From positions 1 to 64,000 of the IMG/VR virus record IMGVR_UViG_3300034022_000723: 64,000 nt of DNA. One strand, given 5' to 3'. This DNA comes from an uncultured virus (IMG/VR IMGVR_UViG_3300034022_000723) (taxonomy: Duplodnaviria; Heunggongvirae; Uroviricota; Caudoviricetes). The notes beneath the pieces are model-generated. The model made no database searches. It was not told the DNA's origin and saw nothing but the letters and a program-made list of their open reading frames with translations. The stretch's first letter is position 1; each line of letters begins with the position of its first letter. This document shows, in pieces, positions 10,706 to 19,338 of the stretch. A program made the translations under genes and the position numbers.

Positions 10706-11569
10706 ATGTCAAATCTTACAAATCTTACCATAAACGACACTGGTTATATACAATTACCATCGGGAACAACAGCACAAAGACCTGTGTCACCATTGACTGG
10801 ATATGTTAGATTTAATACAACTATGGGTTTAGTTGAATATTACAACGGTAGTTATTGGATAGATCAAACAACCGGTAGAATTGCGGAAGGTGGTATTGTA
10901 ACATCAAACTTATTACTTCATTTAGATAGTGGTAAACCAACGAGTTATCGCGGTGGTAATGTGTGGTATGATGTTAGTTCACAATGTGCACATGGGATAT
11001 TTGTAAACAGTCCAACATATACACCAGCTGATGGTTCGGGAGGTACCGTTTCATTTGACGGAACTAATGATTATATTAGAATTTCTACATTAAATACATT
11101 ACCAACAACACAAATAACTATGGAAGGTTGGATTAAACCAACAAGAACAGTAAGTACGGGAACTGTGAGAGGTGGTGTGGTTTCTGCAACAAATACGACA
11201 TATTTAGGTATATTTAATTCCGCAGATGGTGGTAGTACACACTCTTTACATTGGGCAAATACTACCGATAGTAGTAGACCATATAGTGCAGTTGGTAATA
11301 TCCCCAATAATGTTTGGTCACACATTGTAGGTACATGGGATGGTTCAACGAGTAAAGCATATGTGAATGGTACCGAAGTATGGTCTGCGGCACAGACAGG
11401 GACAATTGCCGCCGCCACATATGTAGTTGGAACATATGGAAGTGGATTGACAGATGGGTTGCATAATTTTCAAGGACAAATTGCAATTGCAAGAATATAT
11501 AGTATAGGATTAAGTGGAGCTCAAGTTTTACAAAATTATAACGCGCAAAGAAATAGATTTAATATTTAA
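10706..11569 (+). CDS. LamG-like lectin-domain virion protein
   Basis: N-term LPSGTTAQRP...GYVRFNTT module; LHLDSG..SY, FDGTNDY, WSHIVGTWDG, QNYNA. Confidence 0.75.
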   Translation: MSNLTNLTINDTGYIQLPSGTTAQRPVSPLTGYVRFNTTMGLVEYYNGSYWIDQTTGRIAEGGIVTSNLLLHLDSGKPTSYRGGNVWYDVSSQCAHGIFVNSPTYTPADGSGGTVSFDGTNDYIRISTLNTLPTTQITMEGWIKPTRTVSTGTVRGGVVSATNTTYLGIFNSADGGSTHSLHWANTTDSSRPYSAVGNIPNNVWSHIVGTWDGSTSKAYVNGTEVWSAAQTGTIAAATYVVGTYGSGLTDGLHNFQGQIAIARIYSIGLSGAQVLQNYNAQRNRFNI

Positions 11570-11574
11570 ATATA

Positions 11575-12282
11575 ATGGCAAGTTTAAAAAATTTAACAAT
11601 TAACGACACTGGATTTATTGGATTACCAACAGGTAGTACAGCTGAAAGACCATCTCCGTCTAATGGATATGTTAGATATAATACTACTTTAGGTAGACCT
11701 GAAGTTTATATTAATAATTGGTTAAATCCTTATGCTAGAACGGAAAGTTATTTACATTATTACGAAGGTAGAGATGCGAATTTATATACAGGAAATTGGA
11801 ATAATAGTACAACATTCTCAATGTTAAACTTTGGCGAATTAGGACATGTCACCGCACATGGTTGGTCGACAGGTCCTGCAACATATACATTAACATTGAG
11901 TTCAATTCCAACACATACACAAGTTCGTTATATGGTATTTTGGCATTTAGTGGACTCATTGGATACCGAAACAAGTAATTTATATTTAATGAATTCATCA
12001 GGAACAGAAACTGAATTTTGGAGATTTACAAAAATTTATAATGCCGCACCATCAACATCAGTTTTACAATCAGGGGCGTCCGCAACTTGGAGTAATCCAA
12101 AAACATACACTTATAGACCTTGGGGAAATGGTACTTATGGAAATGATGGATATGTGATATTTGATAGTGGATATTATGACCACACATCAACATCATTTAC
12201 AGCAAGACATGTATGTGGAGCAGATCAGGCACAAGCAGATGAAGCACATTATCTTTCACATGTTCAATTATGGATAAAATAA
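11575..12282 (+). CDS. Virion protein with shared N-terminal module and unknown head
   Basis: LPTGSTAERP...GYVRYNTT module shared with neighbours. Confidence 0.65.
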   Translation: MASLKNLTINDTGFIGLPTGSTAERPSPSNGYVRYNTTLGRPEVYINNWLNPYARTESYLHYYEGRDANLYTGNWNNSTTFSMLNFGELGHVTAHGWSTGPATYTLTLSSIPTHTQVRYMVFWHLVDSLDTETSNLYLMNSSGTETEFWRFTKIYNAAPSTSVLQSGASATWSNPKTYTYRPWGNGTYGNDGYVIFDSGYYDHTSTSFTARHVCGADQAQADEAHYLSHVQLWIK

Positions 12283-12288
12283 AAAATT

Positions 12289-13950
12289 ATGGCAACACTT
12301 AAAAATACAACAATAACAAGTTCTACCGGATATTTAGGACTACCATCGGGAACTGGAACACAAAGACCATCACCAACAACTGGTATGATACGATATAATT
12401 CAAGTCGTACCGAAGTTGAAGTGTATGATGGTACTAAGTGGATGAGCGCACAAAAAAGAAAAGAAAATTATAGCACATCTGGTTTAGTTTGTTATATAGA
12501 TGCTGGTGATCCACAATGTTATAGTGGTAATGGTAGTACATTAACAGATTTATCAGGAAATTCAAATAATTTAACTCTACCTGGTTCAGGTGTTTCATTT
12601 AATACGACCGGAGGAGGTTCTTTATATTTTGATGGAACCGCAAGAGCAAACGTTGCACATCATAGTTCATTGGATTTTACGAGTACCCAACAATATACTG
12701 CGTTAATTTGGGTAAATCCATCATTAGGTGGTGGAACTTGGCACGGATTAATTAGTAAAGGAGATTCACAACAATACGCCGCAACATTGAGAAGTGCATT
12801 CGGATATATTCATTATGAAACAAATTACTCATTGGCAGCGATAGATACACCCAATAATTCAATAATAGGAAGTAAGTGGCAACAAGTTGTCATTAGAAGT
12901 GACGGGTCATCAAAAGCAACATTTATTGATACAATACGATGTGCATATGTAACAGGTGCCGTTAGTTCAACTACAAATACTGAAACATTGAGATTTGGTG
13001 AAGGTAATACGGGAGAATTACTTATTGGTTATTTAGGAGCAGTTATGATTTATAACCGAGCATTAAGTGATGAAGAAATTGGAAATATATTTAATGAACA
13101 AAGAGGTAGATACGGAGTAGATACACCATTAGGTTCAGCATTTAATCCGGCCGATTCGGCACAAACAATAAAAACCTTAAATTCAAATGCACCAAATGGG
13201 GTATATTATATAAATTTACCTAACATTGGCCCAAGAAAAACATTTTGTATTATGGATAGTGCATATGATGGAGGAGGTTGGATGATGGTAATGAAAGCCA
13301 CAAGAGGAACTACTTTTAATTATGGGGCAAGTTATTGGACAACACAAAATGTATTAAATCAAAATAACTTAAATCAAGATGATGGTGATGCTAAATATGA
13401 CGCATTCAATTATTTTGAAGGTACAGATTTAATGGCTAGATGGCCCGATATTCCAACTACTGGTGGTAGTATTGCGGGAACAGGAAATTGGATATGGATG
13501 GAAAAAGGGTTTAATGGTGGTAGAGCTAGTACGCGAACAAATTTAGTAGATTTTTTTACTAATGCAGGAACATACGAAAGTGGTGATGGTGGTACTTATG
13601 GTGGATATTTTTTAAGAGATGCAAAAACTTTTACTGGTTGGGCAAGTGGAGTATTTTCAAGTCAGGTGGATATTAGATTTTATGGATTTAATTTTAGAAA
13701 TAACCCATTATATTTTGGTACAACGGATGCAAAAGTTAGATGGGGGTTTGGTTGGAATGAAAATGGTGAAGGATTATACACATCTCCAGCTACTTTGGCA
13801 GTAGGACCATATAGAGGTTCGGATGATGTAAGTGGTGGTATTGGTATGGATAGTAGATATGGAAACTATTCTGGTGGAGATATGATTGGGTGTTGTCAAG
13901 ATACTACCGGTATCAATAGAAGTGCAAGAGTGGAAGTCTATATTAGATAA
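12289..13950 (+). CDS. Virion protein: N-module + LamG + fibrinogen-C-like domain
   Basis: LPSGTGTQRP; YIDAG..CYSG.G; YNRALS; PNGVYYI...FCIMD..YDGGGWMMVMK. Confidence 0.7.
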   Translation: MATLKNTTITSSTGYLGLPSGTGTQRPSPTTGMIRYNSSRTEVEVYDGTKWMSAQKRKENYSTSGLVCYIDAGDPQCYSGNGSTLTDLSGNSNNLTLPGSGVSFNTTGGGSLYFDGTARANVAHHSSLDFTSTQQYTALIWVNPSLGGGTWHGLISKGDSQQYAATLRSAFGYIHYETNYSLAAIDTPNNSIIGSKWQQVVIRSDGSSKATFIDTIRCAYVTGAVSSTTNTETLRFGEGNTGELLIGYLGAVMIYNRALSDEEIGNIFNEQRGRYGVDTPLGSAFNPADSAQTIKTLNSNAPNGVYYINLPNIGPRKTFCIMDSAYDGGGWMMVMKATRGTTFNYGASYWTTQNVLNQNNLNQDDGDAKYDAFNYFEGTDLMARWPDIPTTGGSIAGTGNWIWMEKGFNGGRASTRTNLVDFFTNAGTYESGDGGTYGGYFLRDAKTFTGWASGVFSSQVDIRFYGFNFRNNPLYFGTTDAKVRWGFGWNENGEGLYTSPATLAVGPYRGSDDVSGGIGMDSRYGNYSGGDMIGCCQDTTGINRSARVEVYIR

Positions 13951-13978
13951 TAATATTTTAATTATTGAAATATTTTTC

Positions 13979-13985
13979 TTATATT
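13979..13985 (+). promoter_or_regulatory. TTATATT motif, putative promoter class for enzyme genes
   Basis: Recurs at 22883, 28735, 35336, 43694, 52034, 60741 and on the - strand at 35268-35274, each shortly before an ATG. Confidence 0.5.
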
Positions 13986-13991
13986 ATAGGT

Positions 13992-14672
13992 ATGAATAAT
14001 ATCGGTATAGGAGTAATGTGTTTCGGTGACGTTTCCTATTTTAATAGTACAAAAGAAAAAGTTACCAATTTAAAAGATATTGGAATTGATTGTTATGTCT
14101 TAACCGATGACACAGAACAATTTACAACTAAAACTATATACTATGGTAGACACCTTAAGTCATATCATGATAAGATAATATTAGTTAAAGAAATATTAAA
14201 ATATCATAACATAGCAATATTAATTGATGCCGACACCATCATCAATGACTATTCAATTATTAACGATTTAAAAAACCACAAATTCAAAGACGGAATCACA
14301 TACATTGATAATCTATTATCAAATAAAGTTAATAAAGAGTTTATCGGTGAAATCAATTTAACTGCACCAGATTGGGATGAATATAAGAAGTACGTTGATA
14401 AATTATTACCAACATTTACAGAGTTAGAAACAATTAACGAATATTTCATTGTCTTTAATAATCAAGGACTTAAAGATGATTTCTTTTTACAATATGAAAA
14501 GTTGCAAGTGGTGAGAGAAAGTTGTGATATCAGAAGAATTAAAGAAATATACGCAGGTGGAGAAGGATTCTCAATACATATTGCATCAAAACTATCAAAT
14601 GTGTATATACAAAAAGATAATGAATTGTTTAATATGTTAAAAGATAATGTTATAAATGTAATAAAACAATAA
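13992..14672 (+). CDS. Glycosyltransferase-like protein (GT-A, DxD)
   Basis: CYVLTDD...SYHDK...ILIDADT; ATG at 13992 preferred over TTG 13965. Confidence 0.5.
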   Translation: MNNIGIGVMCFGDVSYFNSTKEKVTNLKDIGIDCYVLTDDTEQFTTKTIYYGRHLKSYHDKIILVKEILKYHNIAILIDADTIINDYSIINDLKNHKFKDGITYIDNLLSNKVNKEFIGEINLTAPDWDEYKKYVDKLLPTFTELETINEYFIVFNNQGLKDDFFLQYEKLQVVRESCDIRRIKEIYAGGEGFSIHIASKLSNVYIQKDNELFNMLKDNVINVIKQ

Positions 14673-14675
14673 GTT

Positions 14676-15401
14676 ATGATTACCAATCAAGATTTTATTA
14701 AAGAAAAAATTACAACCAATTATGGTGAACCTGTACCTTATAGATGGACACATGGTGCCACCGAAGAACATTTAGGTGATGGTATTATAGTTTATTCGTT
14801 AATACAACATATGAGAGCCAAGAACTGCGCATGTATCGGTTCTGGTGGTGGATATATACCTCGTATTATAACACAAGCAAGATTAGATTTACATAAACAA
14901 GGAATATTTGAAGGTAACGACACTTTAAATTGGGGTGATATTGGTGTAACCTATCTGGTTGACGCTTGTAATGGGGTAGGAGGACCTAACGACCTTGAGG
15001 ATGAGTATTCATACTACCGACATACGTTTCAACCCAGATTGATTAAATCAACATCAGAAGATGCATATTATAATTTCTTTGTTTTACAAGATATTAAATT
15101 AGATTTTATCTTTATAGATGGTGACCATTCATATGAAGGAGTTAAGAAAGATTTTGAATTATATTCAACACTATTAACCGATAAAGGTATTATTGTTATT
15201 CACGATACAGATTCAGATTACGAGGAATCATTAATAGTTTCAGAGGACGCAAAAAAAGACCACCATAGATTTGACGGTCCATCAAAATTTATTAAAGAAT
15301 TAGAAAAAAATCCACTTTATAATTTGATTAATTTATTTAATTTTCGTATATTACCTAACAAACCAGCATCAAGCGGTATAACGGTAATTAATAAAAAATA
15401 A
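14676..15401 (+). CDS. Class I SAM-dependent methyltransferase (Methyltransf_24-like)
   Basis: IGSGGG; LDFIFIDGDHSYEGVKKDF; GIIVIHD. Confidence 0.8.
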   Translation: MITNQDFIKEKITTNYGEPVPYRWTHGATEEHLGDGIIVYSLIQHMRAKNCACIGSGGGYIPRIITQARLDLHKQGIFEGNDTLNWGDIGVTYLVDACNGVGGPNDLEDEYSYYRHTFQPRLIKSTSEDAYYNFFVLQDIKLDFIFIDGDHSYEGVKKDFELYSTLLTDKGIIVIHDTDSDYEESLIVSEDAKKDHHRFDGPSKFIKELEKNPLYNLINLFNFRILPNKPASSGITVINKK

Positions 15402-16258
15402 TGGTTAGGTTATTAACAGTTATAGGTCACGGAGTTAATTTACTTCCACATTTCATCAAACATTATAAAAGATATGTTGATGAGATTAACATTGCAATTT
15501 ATAAAACAGATTTATACCCAACATTAGAAGAAGATATAAATGAAATTATTAAAGACCATGACAATGTGAAGATTGTTAAGGTCATTGAAGATAGAGTTTT
15601 TGATTGGGAGAAAGTAACCGCATTATATAACTTCATTAAGGATCAAATACCATTTGATTGGTGGGTGATTGCCGACATTGATGAATTTCATTTATATCCT
15701 GATGATGATATTGTTTCATTAATTAACGATTGTGAAGAATTTGGATGGGATATTGTTCGAGGTGGTTTTATTGATAGAATTGGAGAAGATGGTGAGTTTG
15801 TTGAATTAAAAGATGATGTATCAATATGGGAACAATTTCCAAATGCCGGTTTTTTTAGATATCATATGAGTAAAGCGTGTCCAAATAAAATATGTTTAAT
15901 TAGAGGTGGAATACAAATTACTTCAGGTCAACACTATGCAAATATTGATGGACACACCACATGGAAATGGCAAGGTTGGGGTCATCCATCAATTGCACCA
16001 ATACCATCCTATTCAGTTCAAGTACATCATTTTAAATGGGATAAAACTTCCATAGATAGAGTGAAAGCGGTTGCAGAATTAAAAGAAGATTATTCTTATT
16101 CAGATGAGTATTTTAAAATGTTCACTGAATTGTTAAAAACAAAATATAAAATAAATCTAAATAAAAGAGAATATATGTTTGAATTGGGATTAATATATCC
16201 CGAATATAACAGATATAAAAGTTGGAATAAATTAATAAATAAAATAACATCAATATGA
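15401..16258 (+). CDS. Glycosyltransferase family 2-like protein
   Basis: LLPHFIKHY; DWWVIADIDEF; GQH; VHHFKW. Confidence 0.65.
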   Translation: MVRLLTVIGHGVNLLPHFIKHYKRYVDEINIAIYKTDLYPTLEEDINEIIKDHDNVKIVKVIEDRVFDWEKVTALYNFIKDQIPFDWWVIADIDEFHLYPDDDIVSLINDCEEFGWDIVRGGFIDRIGEDGEFVELKDDVSIWEQFPNAGFFRYHMSKACPNKICLIRGGIQITSGQHYANIDGHTTWKWQGWGHPSIAPIPSYSVQVHHFKWDKTSIDRVKAVAELKEDYSYSDEYFKMFTELLKTKYKINLNKREYMFELGLIYPEYNRYKSWNKLINKITSI

Positions 16259-16485
16259 GTGTAAAACCATCAAATGACGAGTTAATGGCTCTCGAAACAA
16301 GAAAAGTAAAAGCCTTAGAAAAAATTGCAAATTCATTAGATTCTTTAACCGTTTGGTTTGAAGAAATCGATAAAGATGAGTGGGGTAACAGAGCCCAATA
16401 TTATCTAGCGGAATTTCATAACAAATTTGTAAAAGAAGGTTTCGTTGAGGACAGTAAAGTAACAACTAAGAGTGGAAAAAAGTAA
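16255..16485 (+). CDS. Hypothetical protein
   Basis: 76-aa ORF coupled by ATGA overlap. Confidence 0.55.
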   Translation: MSVKPSNDELMALETRKVKALEKIANSLDSLTVWFEEIDKDEWGNRAQYYLAEFHNKFVKEGFVEDSKVTTKSGKK

Positions 16486-17923
16486 AAAATTAGGAGTCGT
16501 TGTTCCATATAGAAATAGAAGAAGTCATTTAAAAGAATTTAGTAGACGATTTGTTAGATATATGGAAAAATTTGATATCAATTATGAATTAATTGTTATT
16601 AACCAAGACGATGCTAAATTATTTAATAGGGGAACATTATTAAATATCGGATTTAAGTATGCTGAAGAATTAAATTGTGATTATGTCGTATTTCATGATA
16701 TTGACATGATGCCAATACATGTTGATTATTCATATTCAGAGGTCCCGTTACATTTATCAACACATTTTTTAAATAATGAAGAGTATGATAAAAAATTAAC
16801 CTTCGAAGAATATTTTGGAGGAGTTGTAATGTTCCCAATGGAACATTTTCGTCAAATAGATGGGTATTCCAATAAGTATTGGGGTTGGGGTTATGAGGAC
16901 ACTGACTTACTTTATAGATGTGAAAAAAAAGGTATACCATTAAATGATTTAGATATTCAGAATGTGGGGACATCACCATCAAAAGTATTAAAACTTAATG
17001 GTATAAATGCATATGTTAAGGCAAGAAATGAATTTAAACTTAATCAAAATATGACATTTTTCGTTTCGTTTTATCCTACTGATTTAATATTAGACCATAC
17101 AAAAGACTCTGACGATTTTACTATATTTTCAATTCCAGGATACGATTTTTCAATTACGTATAATTCATTTCGTAGATATAATTTCTGCACTTTTGATAAA
17201 GACAATAATGCGGTTTATGTTAATTCAAATATAATAACAAATTATAAAACGAATATATGTGTTGTGTTAGACAACATTAACGACGTTATTAAAGTATATC
17301 AAGACGGAAAACTGATTGGGAAAGAAGTATTTTATAAAAAAATACGTTCATACGATAATGAAAAATATTTTTATTTAGGTGTAGGTAACCCAAAAAGAAA
17401 TGACACACCTAATTCTCAATATCCTAATTATTTTAATGGTTATATTTCAACATTCGCAGTATACAATTGTAATTTAAATGACAATGAAATTTTAGAAATA
17501 TCTAAAAATGAAAATAATAATTTAAAGGAAAATTTTGGTGATTATATATCATCACAAGACCTACAACTATATTATGACCCTAATTTTACTGAAGGTTATA
17601 AATTAAAAGATTTATCGGATAATTTAAATAACGGTAAAATTTTTAATTGTGAAATTGTTGATTTAGAATTTGAAAAATATAAAAGAATAAAAATACCACA
17701 TAGAAGAGAATCGACATTTGCATTATTACCACACAAAGAAAATGGGTTTTATAAAAACAAATGGAAATTCAAAGCAACCAGATGGAATCAATTAAGATTT
17801 TATAATGAAGTTAGATTAAATGACGAGTTATTGGAAAATGACGGATTATCAACATTGGAATTTGCTGAACATTCAAAAATTCAGATAAGTGAAAACATAA
17901 CACACGTTAACGTAGCAATATGA
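16472..17923 (+). CDS. GT7 (beta-1,4-galactosyltransferase-like) glycosyltransferase with inserted LamG-like domain
   Basis: VVPYRNR; FNRGTLLNIG; FHDIDM; YFGGV; GYSNKYWGWGYEDTDL. Confidence 0.8.
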   Translation: MEKSKKLGVVVPYRNRRSHLKEFSRRFVRYMEKFDINYELIVINQDDAKLFNRGTLLNIGFKYAEELNCDYVVFHDIDMMPIHVDYSYSEVPLHLSTHFLNNEEYDKKLTFEEYFGGVVMFPMEHFRQIDGYSNKYWGWGYEDTDLLYRCEKKGIPLNDLDIQNVGTSPSKVLKLNGINAYVKARNEFKLNQNMTFFVSFYPTDLILDHTKDSDDFTIFSIPGYDFSITYNSFRRYNFCTFDKDNNAVYVNSNIITNYKTNICVVLDNINDVIKVYQDGKLIGKEVFYKKIRSYDNEKYFYLGVGNPKRNDTPNSQYPNYFNGYISTFAVYNCNLNDNEILEISKNENNNLKENFGDYISSQDLQLYYDPNFTEGYKLKDLSDNLNNGKIFNCEIVDLEFEKYKRIKIPHRRESTFALLPHKENGFYKNKWKFKATRWNQLRFYNEVRLNDELLENDGLSTLEFAEHSKIQISENITHVNVAI

Positions 17924-19338
17924 GTCATAAATTAGGTATTTGTATACCATATAGAGATAGAAAAGAACACATTGATAAATTAATACCACATCTATCAAAA
18001 CATTTAACAGATAATGGAATTGACCATACGTTTTATGTTGGTCACCAAGTAGACGAAAAGTTATTCAATAGAGGTGCAATGAAAAATATTGCAGCACATT
18101 ACGCGTTTGAAGACGGATGTGACTATGTTGCATGGCACGATGTTGATATGTTACCACAAGTAGATGCTGATTATTCGTATCCTGAAGAACATCCAACACA
18201 CATTGCAACAAAGTTATCAAAATATAATTACGGGTTAGGTTATGATCAATACTTTGGAGGTGTCGTTTTATTCACAAAAGAACAAGCATATAAAACCAAT
18301 GGATATTCAAATGAATATTGGGATTGGGGTCAGGAAGATGATGACTTATTTTGGAGATGTTATTTAGAAGGATATACAACGAATAATGTTTTTAAAACTT
18401 ATAAAAATAAAACAACGGCAACTTTTAATGGAATAAATAACTTTATAATTATACCGTCTAATAAAGAATTAGATAGTTGTTTGGATAATGACCATACAAT
18501 ATCAATATTATTTAATGCTGAACAACAACCAGAAAAGGTACCGATTTGGCTTGTTGGGGACGAAGAAAAGAAATTCATTGAGTACCCATTAATAAGAAAA
18601 TTAGATTCTTGGACTTGGGGATTATCGTTTAATAATTCACGTTCAGTTAATATGGTTATGTATGATAAAGATAGTAATCACTATTACAACTATGCAAAAA
18701 GATATGAAAATCAATGGACATGGGTGACAATGTCATATAATAGTAAAAGAAAGGAGATGTCATTATATATAAACGATGAATTAATTAATAATCAAAACGG
18801 AACTAAACAAAACACACCATTTAAAATTGAGAAAAAATTAAAACCATATAATAATCTACAACCATTTATAATTGGATTTTGTTCACACGTTAATACATTT
18901 TTTAAAGGTAAAATTGCGGAAATTAGAATTTTTAATAAATCAATAAATGATATCAATGAAGCGTTACATGATTCAGATGGATTGTTATTACAAATGGATT
19001 TTAAAAAGGGAGTTGTAGAAAATATTAATAAAGAAGAATGTGAATTTAATGTTAACATTTCAAAAGAAAATATTAATGTGGTTGAAAATGTGATTCCATT
19101 CAGAAAGGAAGGTAATTTTGACTGTATACCCCATATAGATGAGGGTTATGTTAAAGGAAAATGGGCTAAGGGGGAAACTACCGCTAGAAACGAAAAAAGA
19201 TTTGTTATGGAGATGCAACAGGGTTTAATTAAACATAATGAAGATGGATTAAACAATATATTAAATGTTTTGAATGTTGAAAATATTGATGTATCTTTAT
19301 ATGAAAATACTAAATTTATAAATGTTACAATGAAATGA
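17920..19338 (+). CDS. GT7 glycosyltransferase with inserted LamG-like domain, paralog
   Basis: IPYRDR; FNRGAMKN; WHDVDM; YFGGV; GYSNEYWDWGQEDDDL. Confidence 0.8.
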   Translation: MSHKLGICIPYRDRKEHIDKLIPHLSKHLTDNGIDHTFYVGHQVDEKLFNRGAMKNIAAHYAFEDGCDYVAWHDVDMLPQVDADYSYPEEHPTHIATKLSKYNYGLGYDQYFGGVVLFTKEQAYKTNGYSNEYWDWGQEDDDLFWRCYLEGYTTNNVFKTYKNKTTATFNGINNFIIIPSNKELDSCLDNDHTISILFNAEQQPEKVPIWLVGDEEKKFIEYPLIRKLDSWTWGLSFNNSRSVNMVMYDKDSNHYYNYAKRYENQWTWVTMSYNSKRKEMSLYINDELINNQNGTKQNTPFKIEKKLKPYNNLQPFIIGFCSHVNTFFKGKIAEIRIFNKSINDINEALHDSDGLLLQMDFKKGVVENINKEECEFNVNISKENINVVENVIPFRKEGNFDCIPHIDEGYVKGKWAKGETTARNEKRFVMEMQQGLIKHNEDGLNNILNVLNVENIDVSLYENTKFINVTMK

